From: Pseudomonadota bacterium
Lineage (GTDB): Bacteria > Pseudomonadota > Alphaproteobacteria > Paracaedibacterales > CAIOTO01
Direction of reading: 5' to 3'
Length of the DNA stretch: 64,000 nucleotides
NCBI GenBank assembly: GCA_040387495.1
Contig: JAZKDQ010000015.1
Coordinates: 1,238 to 65,237 of the forward strand
Shown: positions 10,951 to 19,434 of the stretch, piece by piece
How the letters are laid out: each line of letters opens with the position of its first letter
Numbering within the stretch: position 1 is the first letter of the stretch
Notes under the pieces: model-generated
Seen by the model: only the letters and a program-made list of their open reading frames with translations
Database searches by the model: none
Told to the model about the DNA's origin: nothing
Made by a program: the position numbers and the translations under genes

Positions 10951-11954
10951 TGACATTAAAGATCGCAATTAATGGTTTTGGTCGTATTGGTCGGATGGTT
11001 TTACGTGCAATGGCTGAAAATCCGCGTCCAGGAATTCAAATTGTTGCCATCAATGATTTGGGTTCATTGGCAGATAATGCCCACATGTTTCGTTATGATT
11101 CCGTGCATGGTCAGTATCGTGGAACGCTCAATTTAGGTAATGATACAATTGATATCGGTCATGGGCCAATTAAAGTTGTGGCAGAACCTAATCCAGAAAA
11201 ACTTCCTTGGGCTGAAATGGGCATTGATCTTGTGTTTGAATGCTCTGGTCGATTTACGAAACGCGATGATGCAGCTAAGCACCTAATAGCGGGGGCAAAA
11301 CGCGTGATCGTGTCAGCACCGGCAGATGGTGCGGATTTAACCGTTGTGTATGGGGTGAATCACACCCAAATTAATGCATCACATACAGTATTATCAAATG
11401 CCTCATGTACAACAAACTGTTTAGCACCGATTGCATTTGCGCTTAATAATGCTATTGGGATTGATTCTGGTTTTATGACGACGATTCATGCGTATACAGG
11501 GGATCAACGATTGGTAGATACCATTCATAAAGATTTACACCGTGCACGCGCAGCAGCCATGTCAATGATTCCAAGTTCGACTGGTGCAGCAAAAGCTGTT
11601 GGTTTGGTGCTGCCAGAATTAAAAGGGCGTCTTGATGGCACAGCGATTCGTGTACCAACAGCTAATGTATCAGTTGTAGATTTCAAATTTATTGCAAAAC
11701 GTAAAACAAATGTTGATGAGGTGAATCAAGCGCTGTGTGCAGCAGCTGAAGGGCAATTAAAAGGGATTTTGGGCGTAAATACAGTGCCATTGGTATCATG
11801 TGATTTTAATCATGATGATCGCAGCTCTATAGCAGATTTGCCACAAACACACGTCGTTGATGGCCAGCTTGTTCGTGTATTGTCTTGGTATGACAATGAA
11901 TGGGGCTTTTCAAATCGTATGTTGGATGTCGCTGCATATTGCGCGAAGCAATAG
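10950..11954 (+). CDS. gap: Glyceraldehyde-3-phosphate dehydrogenase
   Basis: 334 aa. INGFGRIGR, SNASCTTNCLAP and WYDNEWGFSNR. Confidence 0.95.
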   Translation: MTLKIAINGFGRIGRMVLRAMAENPRPGIQIVAINDLGSLADNAHMFRYDSVHGQYRGTLNLGNDTIDIGHGPIKVVAEPNPEKLPWAEMGIDLVFECSGRFTKRDDAAKHLIAGAKRVIVSAPADGADLTVVYGVNHTQINASHTVLSNASCTTNCLAPIAFALNNAIGIDSGFMTTIHAYTGDQRLVDTIHKDLHRARAAAMSMIPSSTGAAKAVGLVLPELKGRLDGTAIRVPTANVSVVDFKFIAKRKTNVDEVNQALCAAAEGQLKGILGVNTVPLVSCDFNHDDRSSIADLPQTHVVDGQLVRVLSWYDNEWGFSNRMLDVAAYCAKQ

Positions 11955-12006
11955 CTTAATTTTCTCAATCATCGTGAGAAAGAACAAGGCACTCTGATAA
12001 TTCTAA

Positions 12007-12048
12007 CTTTTGACACACCATCTTGCTCGTCAAAAGTGATTTTTTCTG
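12007..12048 (+). terminator. Hairpin plus T-run downstream of gap
   Basis: CTTTTGAC (12007-12014) pairs with GTCAAAAG (12029-12036) across a 14-nt loop and is followed by tgATTTTTTct. The stem is AT-rich, so the call is only moderate. Confidence 0.45.
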
Positions 12049-12072
12049 AAAAGTGCGAAAGTGCGCAGATCT

Positions 12073-12109
12073 GGGAGTAGAAAATCACAAAATTGATTTT
12101 TTTACTCCC
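12073..12109. other. Long near-perfect hairpin (about 15 bp stem, 6-nt loop)
   Basis: GGGAGTAGAAAATCA-caaaat-TGATTTTTTTACTCCC, with one bulged T and one G-T pair. On the + strand it is followed by accTTTT. It lies just 3' of the minus-strand ORF at 12143-12355. Confidence 0.35.
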
Positions 12110-12142
12110 ACCTTTTAAAAAAAATAAACCAGCTGTTTTCTC

Positions 12143-12355
12143 TTAATCACTCACACTACCCATTGCCGAGAAACATTTTAGGAGAATGTAAGGAATGATA
12201 ACTCCAAGTTCTGGATGCCCAAAAGGTGATCCTGCCACGCCCAAAATGCTGGAAACTCCGAACAGTACACCTGCTGCCATTTCCACCTGTAATATATTTT
12301 GAATATCTCTCATAAAAATCCTTTTTTTGTCAGCAAATGTTATCAAGTGAATCAT
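12143..12355 (-). CDS. Small hypothetical membrane protein inside the gap-duplication insert
   Basis: A 70-codon ORF, or 56 codons from the internal Met. It has two hydrophobic segments (AAGVLFGVSSILGVAG and LGVIIPYILLKCF). No family recognised, so it could be spurious. Confidence 0.3.
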   Translation of the reverse strand: MIHLITFADKKRIFMRDIQNILQVEMAAGVLFGVSSILGVAGSPFGHPELGVIIPYILLKCFSAMGSVSD

Positions 12356-12610
12356 GCTATCCGTTAATTTTAAAAAAAATAGTTAGATGAAAGGTTTGTT
12401 GTTAAACTAAGAACATTTACACTCTTACTCAATCATTATCAAAGTGTTCTCTGCAACCCATCAAGACTTAGAATATGGAGGGCAGTCTTATTTCCTGGGG
12501 TGTAGTAAATAGACAACTTGAAATTTTAACAGAAAAATCAATTTTTCTTTTTATTACGCAAAAGAATAATAAAAAGAAATTATCTTCACTATCATTAAAT
12601 TCTTATGCAA

Positions 12611-12712
12611 GTCGTTGATGGACAGCTTGTTCGTGTGTTGTCTCGGTATGATAACGAGTGAGGTTCTTCAAATCATATGTTGGATGTTGCTGCGTATTGC
12701 GCGAAGCAGTAG
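12611..12712 (+). pseudogene. Dead duplicate of the last 34 codons of gap
   Basis: It aligns without indels to 11853-11954, with 13 mismatches by hand count. It translates to VVDGQLVRVLSRYDNE*GSSNHMLDVAAYCAKQ*, with an in-frame TGA at 12659-12661. Confidence 0.85.
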
Positions 12713-12733
12713 CATTTTTGGGGGGTGGATAAT

Positions 12734-14089
12734 TTATTGATCATCCAAACTGCGTGTTGTTTTCTTTGGTGTAATAACAACAGCACCATCAACAAAATGT
12801 AGCGTCACTGATTCGGCATTTAATGGAAAATTTGCTGCTTTCGTAACAACATGATCGTTTACTGACGTCCACACAAATCCCTTTTCTAAAATCTTAGAAT
12901 AAGATGATTGTTCAAGGCGCCCAGTCAAATAAGAGAACTCTTGCTCTTTTGAAGCCATAACTGAACGTGTTGCACGAAAGAAGCGCTCTGAAAGATGCCC
13001 AAAACATTGCAAATGCATTTCGAGCGATGTTGCTGGATGTTTTAGTACCTGACTTTGTACGCGGTGTGTCAGAAGTGTTAAATAATGTTTCATGGCACGT
13101 GACAAGCGATCGGATCGATCATCAAGGCGTTGCATTGCTGATTCAAGAATATGGTGTGGTTGTGGCAGCCCACGTGCAAGGCCTTTAACGTTCGTCCATT
13201 CTGTGCGCAACATACGCATTGTTAGCTGGTGCATACGTTCTTGCATGTGTTGCAGTGCAAATAATAATTGTGAGCGTACCGGTGTTGCAAGCTCGGCGGC
13301 GGCCGTTGGGGTAGGAGCTCTGACATCAGCGGCATAGTCAATCAGTGTCGTATCAGTTTCATGACCAATCGCTGAAATAAGTGGGATAATGCTTTCCGCC
13401 GCAGCGCGTACAACAGCTTCTTCATTAAATGTCCAAAGATCCTCAAGGCTGCCGCCGCCACGTGCCACGATTATCACATCTGGCCGCATGGACGCATCAA
13501 GCACATTCATACCACGAATGGCGAGTGCTACTTGCTCGATTGAGCCTGGTCCCTGAACTTGCGCTGGCCAAATAATGACTTCACACGGGAAACGATCGGC
13601 TAAGCGATGCAAAATATCACGGATAACCGCTCCTGTAGGAGATGTAACAATACCAATGCGTTTTGGAAATGTTGGGATTGGGCGTTTTCTCGCAAATAAT
13701 CCTTCGGCTTCAAGGCGTGCTTTGCGTTCCATCAGCACTTGCATGAGTGCACCTTTACCGGCTGCCTCGACACGCTCAACGACGACTTGGTATTTTGATC
13801 GACCAGGGTAAGTTGTAATGCGCCCTGTGATAATAACTTCAAGGCCATCTTCCAACTGAACAGCCATAGGTGTGCCGCGCCATGCGACAGCATCAATCAC
13901 GGCATCGTCATCTTTTAAAGCGAAATACGAATGGCCGGATGTGTGTTTTTTATAACCGCTGATTTCACCGCGAATTTTGATATTGCGAAAGCCTTCCTCG
14001 ACGTATTTTTTTAAGCATAAGCTGAGTTCACTGACGGACAGTGTGTCAGGGCCAGAGGGTGCAAAATCAATAATACGCTGGGCTTCCAT
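12734..14089 (-). CDS. xseA: Exodeoxyribonuclease VII large subunit
   Basis: 451 aa. Has an N-terminal OB fold (IKIRGEISGYKKHTSGHSYFALKD), GIVTSPTGAVIRDI, ARGGGSLEDLW and SAIGHETD. Confidence 0.93.
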   Translation of the reverse strand: MEAQRIIDFAPSGPDTLSVSELSLCLKKYVEEGFRNIKIRGEISGYKKHTSGHSYFALKDDDAVIDAVAWRGTPMAVQLEDGLEVIITGRITTYPGRSKYQVVVERVEAAGKGALMQVLMERKARLEAEGLFARKRPIPTFPKRIGIVTSPTGAVIRDILHRLADRFPCEVIIWPAQVQGPGSIEQVALAIRGMNVLDASMRPDVIIVARGGGSLEDLWTFNEEAVVRAAAESIIPLISAIGHETDTTLIDYAADVRAPTPTAAAELATPVRSQLLFALQHMQERMHQLTMRMLRTEWTNVKGLARGLPQPHHILESAMQRLDDRSDRLSRAMKHYLTLLTHRVQSQVLKHPATSLEMHLQCFGHLSERFFRATRSVMASKEQEFSYLTGRLEQSSYSKILEKGFVWTSVNDHVVTKAANFPLNAESVTLHFVDGAVVITPKKTTRSLDDQ

Positions 14090-14216
14090 TATTTTTTATT
14101 TTTCTTATGTAGTTTTTCTTTGGTGTCATTCTAAAACGAGTGTGAGTGCAATACAAAGGAATTGTGAGATGCCTTTTTGTGATTTAAACATAAAATGTGA
14201 GCCGTAAGACAGTAAA

Positions 14217-14284
14217 AGGATATTTTTAGGATATAAAAATCAAAATATCCTAATTTTAGGATATGATAATGATACTCATCCTAT
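14217..14284. promoter_or_regulatory. Cluster of AGGATAT repeats (candidate operator) in the xseA/alaX-like divergent spacer
   Basis: AGGATAT occurs at 14217-14223, 14228-14234 (11-bp spacing) and 14258-14264. Its complement ATATCCT is at 14245-14251. Together these form the 9+2+9 palindrome ATATCCTAA-tt-TTAGGATAT at 14245-14264. A further inverted AGGAT core is at 14278-14284. Confidence 0.4.
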
Positions 14285-14331
14285 GGCAGAAAATTTAAAA
14301 TTATTTTGTGATTATATTACAGGATTTTATT

Positions 14332-15036
14332 ATGACTATTTCATTATTTTCAAACGATACATATTTATTTGAATCTCACTCAATTGTTAGTGATATGAGG
14401 CACGATGAAAGAGGTTTTTATATTGCGCTTGATCAAACTATTTTTTACCCACAAGGGGGCGGGCAGCCTTCTGACCAAGGTGTATTAAAATATTATGATA
14501 TGGAAATTCAGATATTTCATGTTAAACAAATTGGCAATGAAATTAGACATTATGTAAGCACGCTACCTGATTTACCTGCTGGCACGTGTGTTATGTCTCA
14601 CATCGATAAAGAAAGACGTATTATTAATGCGCGATATCATACAGCAGCTCATTTGATTGGAAATATCGCAGAGCAAATTTGCCCTACTTTAAAGGCTGTT
14701 AAGGGGCATTCTTTCCCTGGCGAAGCCTATGTTGAATTTCATGGATCAGAAATACCCCACGCACTTATACTTATTGAGTCTTCAAATAAGGCAATTCATG
14801 ATTGTTTGCCAACAAGAACATTTGAAATTAATGCAAAAGAATTTGAAGAACAATTCTATAAATTTCCTTACAACATCCCCAACAATAAAATGTTTCGCGT
14901 CATGCAAATCAAAGGTTACCCGCCTGTACCATGTGGCGGCACCCATCTATCAAATTGCTCTGAAATTGGTTATATTCAAGTAGGCAAAATCAAGGCAAGA
15001 AATAACATCTTGCGCATTTCATATGAGCTAAAATGA
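14332..15036 (+). CDS. AlaX-type alanyl/threonyl-tRNA editing domain protein
   Basis: The ORF track starts at GTG 14308, and the ATG at 14332 is a more likely start. IFYPQGGGQPSDQG, the HxxxH motif (RYHTAAHLIGN) and CGGTHL are the tRNA_SAD/AlaX signatures. Confidence 0.8.
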   Translation: MTISLFSNDTYLFESHSIVSDMRHDERGFYIALDQTIFYPQGGGQPSDQGVLKYYDMEIQIFHVKQIGNEIRHYVSTLPDLPAGTCVMSHIDKERRIINARYHTAAHLIGNIAEQICPTLKAVKGHSFPGEAYVEFHGSEIPHALILIESSNKAIHDCLPTRTFEINAKEFEEQFYKFPYNIPNNKMFRVMQIKGYPPVPCGGTHLSNCSEIGYIQVGKIKARNNILRISYELK

Positions 15037-15806
15037 GATTTGTTTCATTAATTGACGCTGGAGGACAGAAAACGATAACCATCGATGCTGATGCACAGAT
15101 TTTTCGTTTAGAACTTGATGGTAATGTGCGTGAAACACGCTTAAAAGCGCATGCCGCCGATGTGCTTTATATGCTTTTTAATAAGCATCCGCAGCCACTT
15201 AAGTACGATGAAATTATTGATGTTTTTAAGGCGCATAAATTGACCATAACGGATGTAACGCGCATGCATCGAAAACTATCAGAGATACGCATTTTTCTTC
15301 AACGATTTCACCCCTCATTAGGTGAGATTCTGCTTAATACGCGAGGCGTTGGTTATAGCTTGCCTTTGCGTTTAAAAAACATGCATCAGTTACAACTCAC
15401 ATCAGAGACTACGTTTAAGAATACTAAAATAACGGCGCATATGCTCGTTTTAAAATCTCTTATTAATGACGCTATTTTACAAACATCAAATCATAAAGTG
15501 ATTAGACATCCCCAAGGTTACGTTATTGATAGAAATCCAATTCGTTCAATTCTGGTAGAAAAAATTATGTTATTTAATCAGTCCTCTGACGCTATTTTAA
15601 ATGAAATCCGTGTCCATGAGGCTGACTTTACAGGAATAAGAGTACAGTATTTGCTTGCAAAACTTAGGACATACGTTGGCATTGCACGTATTTCGGAGTA
15701 TCCCATTTCCGAAGCACAGTGGATTGATTGGTTTTCACAAGAAGTATGGACGCTTTATGATGATTTACAAAAGCTGGTTAAGCTGGTGGAATCACAGGCA
15801 CATTAG
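15033..15806 (+). CDS. Receiver-less winged-helix (OmpR/CadC-type trans_reg_C) putative transcriptional regulator
   Basis: 257 aa. The N-terminal part fits the OmpR/PhoB C-terminal wHTH pattern (LYMLFNKHPQPLKYDEIID...MHRKLSEIRIFLQRF...LLNTRGVGYSL). The C-terminal 150 aa or so are unassigned. The start overlaps the alaX-like stop (ATGA at 15033-15036). Confidence 0.6.
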   Translation: MRFVSLIDAGGQKTITIDADAQIFRLELDGNVRETRLKAHAADVLYMLFNKHPQPLKYDEIIDVFKAHKLTITDVTRMHRKLSEIRIFLQRFHPSLGEILLNTRGVGYSLPLRLKNMHQLQLTSETTFKNTKITAHMLVLKSLINDAILQTSNHKVIRHPQGYVIDRNPIRSILVEKIMLFNQSSDAILNEIRVHEADFTGIRVQYLLAKLRTYVGIARISEYPISEAQWIDWFSQEVWTLYDDLQKLVKLVESQAH

Positions 15807-15808
15807 AG

Positions 15809-16684
15809 TTACGACTTCGTTCTTATCGACAAGACATCTTGTCCATTTTCACCGCATGCAATATGAAATGTATTAGCATCAATTGCATCAATGACTGCTC
15901 CTGACTGGTGGGTTTTCCCAACGGAATTCTCAATAACTCGGCTTTGTAGGATACTTTTCACTTCTCCATTAACAACACCAAAAGCAGGAGGATATTGTGG
16001 CGAAGGTTGCAGTGCACGCACCAGATTATGAATGGAAATAGCTGATTGCATCCAATTAATTTCGCCATCTTTTGCGCTTCGTCCACCAAAATAGGTTGCC
16101 TGGCTTATGTCTTGCACGATACGTGGTGCGGTTTGTGTGGCAATTAAAGGGAGGGAGCGTTTTAAAACAGTAACAGCAAGTGTATTCATGCGGTTCATAA
16201 CTGTACCAGCTGTGTCATCCGCGCTAATTGGTGTTGATTCTTGATCGACGATATCACCAGCATCTGCTGCCTTTACCATATGATGCAAAGTGACACCTGT
16301 TTCAGACTCACCATGAATCATTGCCCAGTTCACAGGGCAACGACCGCGATATTTTGGCAGCAAGGATCCATGCATATTATAAGCACCAAGGGGAGGGTGG
16401 TTTAAAATGACTTCTGGGATCATATTGCGATAGTAGAACGAGAATATAGCATCAGCCTGGTAGGCGTTGATTTGATTTTGAATATTCTCGTCTTTAAGTG
16501 TTTCTGGCGTAAGTACATCTATATCATGACGAATGGCCAATTCTTTGACAGAATCAAACCAAATATATTCCTTCGGATTGTCTTCATGTGTAACAACAGC
16601 CGCAATGGTATAGTATGTTTCTTCGATTATATACCTTAGGCAATCATAACCCAGCTGACTATAGGCGAATACAATACAGCGCAT
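15809..16684 (-). CDS. arnA: UDP-4-amino-4-deoxy-L-arabinose formyltransferase, stand-alone ArnA N-terminal domain
   Basis: The ORF track gives 15809..16714, with a likely start MRCIVFAY at 16684. Colinear with the E. coli ArnA N-domain as I recall it (VFAY, THEDNP, IFSFYYR, NMHGSLLPKYRGRCPVNWAMIHGESETGVTLHHMVKAADAGDIV). It stops at about 290 aa, so there is no decarboxylase domain. Confidence 0.85.
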   Translation of the reverse strand: MRCIVFAYSQLGYDCLRYIIEETYYTIAAVVTHEDNPKEYIWFDSVKELAIRHDIDVLTPETLKDENIQNQINAYQADAIFSFYYRNMIPEVILNHPPLGAYNMHGSLLPKYRGRCPVNWAMIHGESETGVTLHHMVKAADAGDIVDQESTPISADDTAGTVMNRMNTLAVTVLKRSLPLIATQTAPRIVQDISQATYFGGRSAKDGEINWMQSAISIHNLVRALQPSPQYPPAFGVVNGEVKSILQSRVIENSVGKTHQSGAVIDAIDANTFHIACGENGQDVLSIRTKS

Positions 16685-16685
16685 A

Positions 16686-17615
16686 TTAATCCTCGTAGGT
16701 GTCACGAATTTCATATCGTGGGCGATGACTCAGGTTGAGTGCTAAGCGCCCTAAATATTCTCCGACAAGCCCAATGCCAACAATAACCACGCTAATAAGG
16801 AAAAACTCAATTGCGAAAAGCGTAAAGATTCCTTCAGCTTCCGGGCCAATGATTACGCGCCGAATCAATAAATAAGCCACCAAGAAACCACTTAAAGCGG
16901 AGGTTAACATGCCAAACATTGTAAATAATTGTAAGGGTGCAATTGAAAAACTCGTAATAAGATCAAAGTTCAATCGAATAAGCATATAGAGGTTATATTT
17001 TGATTCACCTGCGGCACGTTCAGCATGGATCACTTCAACCTCTGTTGGATTTTGTGCAAGTTTATAAGCCAATGCAGGAATGAATGTTGAATGTTCGTTG
17101 CCAGCCACAATTTTATCAATGATTGACCGATGATATGCACGTAACATGCAGCCTTGATCACGCATATGTATGTCTGTAATTTTTTCGCGTACCCAGTTTA
17201 CAGCGCGTGAAACATATGTTCTAAAAAACGTATCTTGGCGTTTATCACGATAGCTACCAACATAATCATAGCCTTCATCCATTTTTGTCAGTAATTTATG
17301 AATTTCCTCAGGGGGATTTTGAAGATCCGCATCCAAGGTGATAACAGTTTCTCCACGTGCTTTTGAAAATGCAGCTATGATTGCCATATGCTGTCCAAAG
17401 TTTCCTTTGAAATCTATTATGCGGATTTTGCCTTTATGTTCTGCACTTGCTTCGCGTAATAACTCTAAACTTTGGTCTTTACTGCCATCATTTGTAAATA
17501 TAATCTCATATGTTTTTTTTAAGGCATCAAGGCTTGTTATTAAACGATTAATGAGCTGTGGGATATTAGCCTCTTCATTATAAACGGGCACAACAATTGA
17601 TAATTGAAGCGTCAT
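16686..17615 (-). CDS. arnC: Undecaprenyl-phosphate 4-deoxy-4-formamido-L-arabinose transferase (GT2)
   Basis: 309 aa. SIVVPVYNEE, NDGSKD, ITLDADLQNPPEEI, GCMLRAYHR, STFIPALA, ESKYN and two C-terminal TM helices with GEYLGR, colinear with E. coli ArnC. Confidence 0.88.
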   Translation of the reverse strand: MTLQLSIVVPVYNEEANIPQLINRLITSLDALKKTYEIIFTNDGSKDQSLELLREASAEHKGKIRIIDFKGNFGQHMAIIAAFSKARGETVITLDADLQNPPEEIHKLLTKMDEGYDYVGSYRDKRQDTFFRTYVSRAVNWVREKITDIHMRDQGCMLRAYHRSIIDKIVAGNEHSTFIPALAYKLAQNPTEVEVIHAERAAGESKYNLYMLIRLNFDLITSFSIAPLQLFTMFGMLTSALSGFLVAYLLIRRVIIGPEAEGIFTLFAIEFFLISVVIVGIGLVGEYLGRLALNLSHRPRYEIRDTYED

Positions 17616-17748
17616 AAAAAATCTCCTAGTGAAAGATGCTATAATAACTTACCCAAAGAGCTATTAGTGCACGCAAAACAAAGTATATCACTTTTATAAG
17701 TTATATTGAGTGTTGGTACAAGCATAAGGTCTGTGAAATAGAAAAAAG

Positions 17749-19002
17749 TTATTTTGAAAACTTGATAAATGAGAGCTGATATTTTAGTTGAACATCGCCC
17801 TCTGCGGGGATTGTTATATTCCAGTGGGTTGAGTCGTGATCATTATGCTTATCAATGTTGGATTTATCATCATTCTTTACATGTGGAATTGTGTCACGAA
17901 TAATCGTGCAATTTGCAATATCCTCAGGTAAATCAAGCACTACTCGAATAGAAACAGGTGTTTTGCTCTTATTTGTAAGTTTCAGGCAATATTGGGCTGT
18001 ATTACTTGCTGATATAAATTGGTTTTGTTCTAGCTTTGCTTCAATAGATTTTGATTCTTTGTTGTGATTTTTCTCGATTTTATCAATTTGAGTAGATGGA
18101 ATTCGTACACTTATTTCTTGCCCAACGGTAGTATGTGTTAAGTGAGCGTTGCCAAGTATTTCGAATTTTCCTTGCTCATCTTGATAATAGAGCATGGCAG
18201 ATCCAGGAGGTAAATCTTGACCAAGGTTATTTTCAGCAATGTTATCAAATGAAACCCACGTTTCAACAACAGGAGTCCCTGGCTTATTGTCCATATCCTT
18301 TAAATATTCACCGCCAACTGAAATCCTATATTGCAATTTAGATTTTAATGTCTCTTTTGACGATATCCAATTGAGCCGTTTAGGTTCGTTTTCGTGTAAA
18401 TCAAGAGGATTTTTATAAGGATAACCTTTTACTTTTGTGTGTGCCTTTTCCGTATTGCTTTCTTGAGTTGGAGGAATAACCCCATCTACAAATTGCACTT
18501 GCGCATTTTTAATAGCAATGCCTGATGTATTGATAATTTCGATTGATCCATTGAAAAATAAATATTGGTAACCTGACCGAAACTGAATCGCATAATGAGG
18601 TTTCCAACTCATATTCTGTAAAAGATATGTTAGATTTATGAAACTTTTGGGTTCGTGTAGAGTGCTATTAACGAGTACTTCCAATATCGAGCTTTTCCCA
18701 TTTTCTGATTTGACAAGAATACTTTCATCAATTGTAGCTTCTTTTGGTTGCGCTGATAAGGAAAACATAAGTGATTCCTTGATGATGCTATTGGCAATCC
18801 CTGGAATCTGCATGCGATGTTTACCAGATGACAATGGTAATGTTTGTCCTTGATTAATAAGCGCACCATTTTTATAAAGAGTGAGAGTGGTTGCTAAAAC
18901 AGTTCCTGGTACATCGGCACATGCAGGTACAGTTACGCCTACTAGTGCTAAAGCACATATCATTTTTTTATTTATTTTAGGTGATAAAATATCTAGTAAC
19001 AC
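17749..19002 (-). CDS. Secreted DUF4140/DUF4139-like (MuiA-family-like) protein
   Basis: 417 aa. There is a signal-like segment MICALALVGVTVPACA (alternative start 18963). The N-terminal LTLYKNGALINQGQTLPLSSGKHRMQIPGIANSIIKESL resembles the DUF4140 pattern. The family call is from memory and is weak. Confidence 0.5.
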   Translation of the reverse strand: MLLDILSPKINKKMICALALVGVTVPACADVPGTVLATTLTLYKNGALINQGQTLPLSSGKHRMQIPGIANSIIKESLMFSLSAQPKEATIDESILVKSENGKSSILEVLVNSTLHEPKSFINLTYLLQNMSWKPHYAIQFRSGYQYLFFNGSIEIINTSGIAIKNAQVQFVDGVIPPTQESNTEKAHTKVKGYPYKNPLDLHENEPKRLNWISSKETLKSKLQYRISVGGEYLKDMDNKPGTPVVETWVSFDNIAENNLGQDLPPGSAMLYYQDEQGKFEILGNAHLTHTTVGQEISVRIPSTQIDKIEKNHNKESKSIEAKLEQNQFISASNTAQYCLKLTNKSKTPVSIRVVLDLPEDIANCTIIRDTIPHVKNDDKSNIDKHNDHDSTHWNITIPAEGDVQLKYQLSFIKFSK

Positions 19003-19434
19003 TATAGAGCTCCAGGCGTGCTTTTAAAGGCTTATTGTTTAAGGCGCAGTTGTATTCAAATTAAGAAATTTTTCATTTGCACAGTTGCAAAAAGAACAAA
19101 TTTCTTGCGTAGGTTATCTTGCCATTTAAAAAGTAATCTCTCAAGATTAAAAAGAGCTTTTAAAATAAGAAGGGTTCATTTATACATATCTGGAATGACA
19201 TGTTGGTTTTATGTGAACTGAGACATAACTATTGATTATTATTGCAAAATGTAAGAGAGAGATTTTTTTTGTTTTTTAACACTAAGACTCGTTTTGGCTG
19301 AATATCAGTTAAACAAATCATCTGAGGTGATAAAAATATTTTTTAATTAGTAAATCTTGCATACGATGACAATAGTGTTTAGACTCGTCAAATGATATTG
19401 AACCATTCTATACAAGACTGAAGGTAGTAAATAT

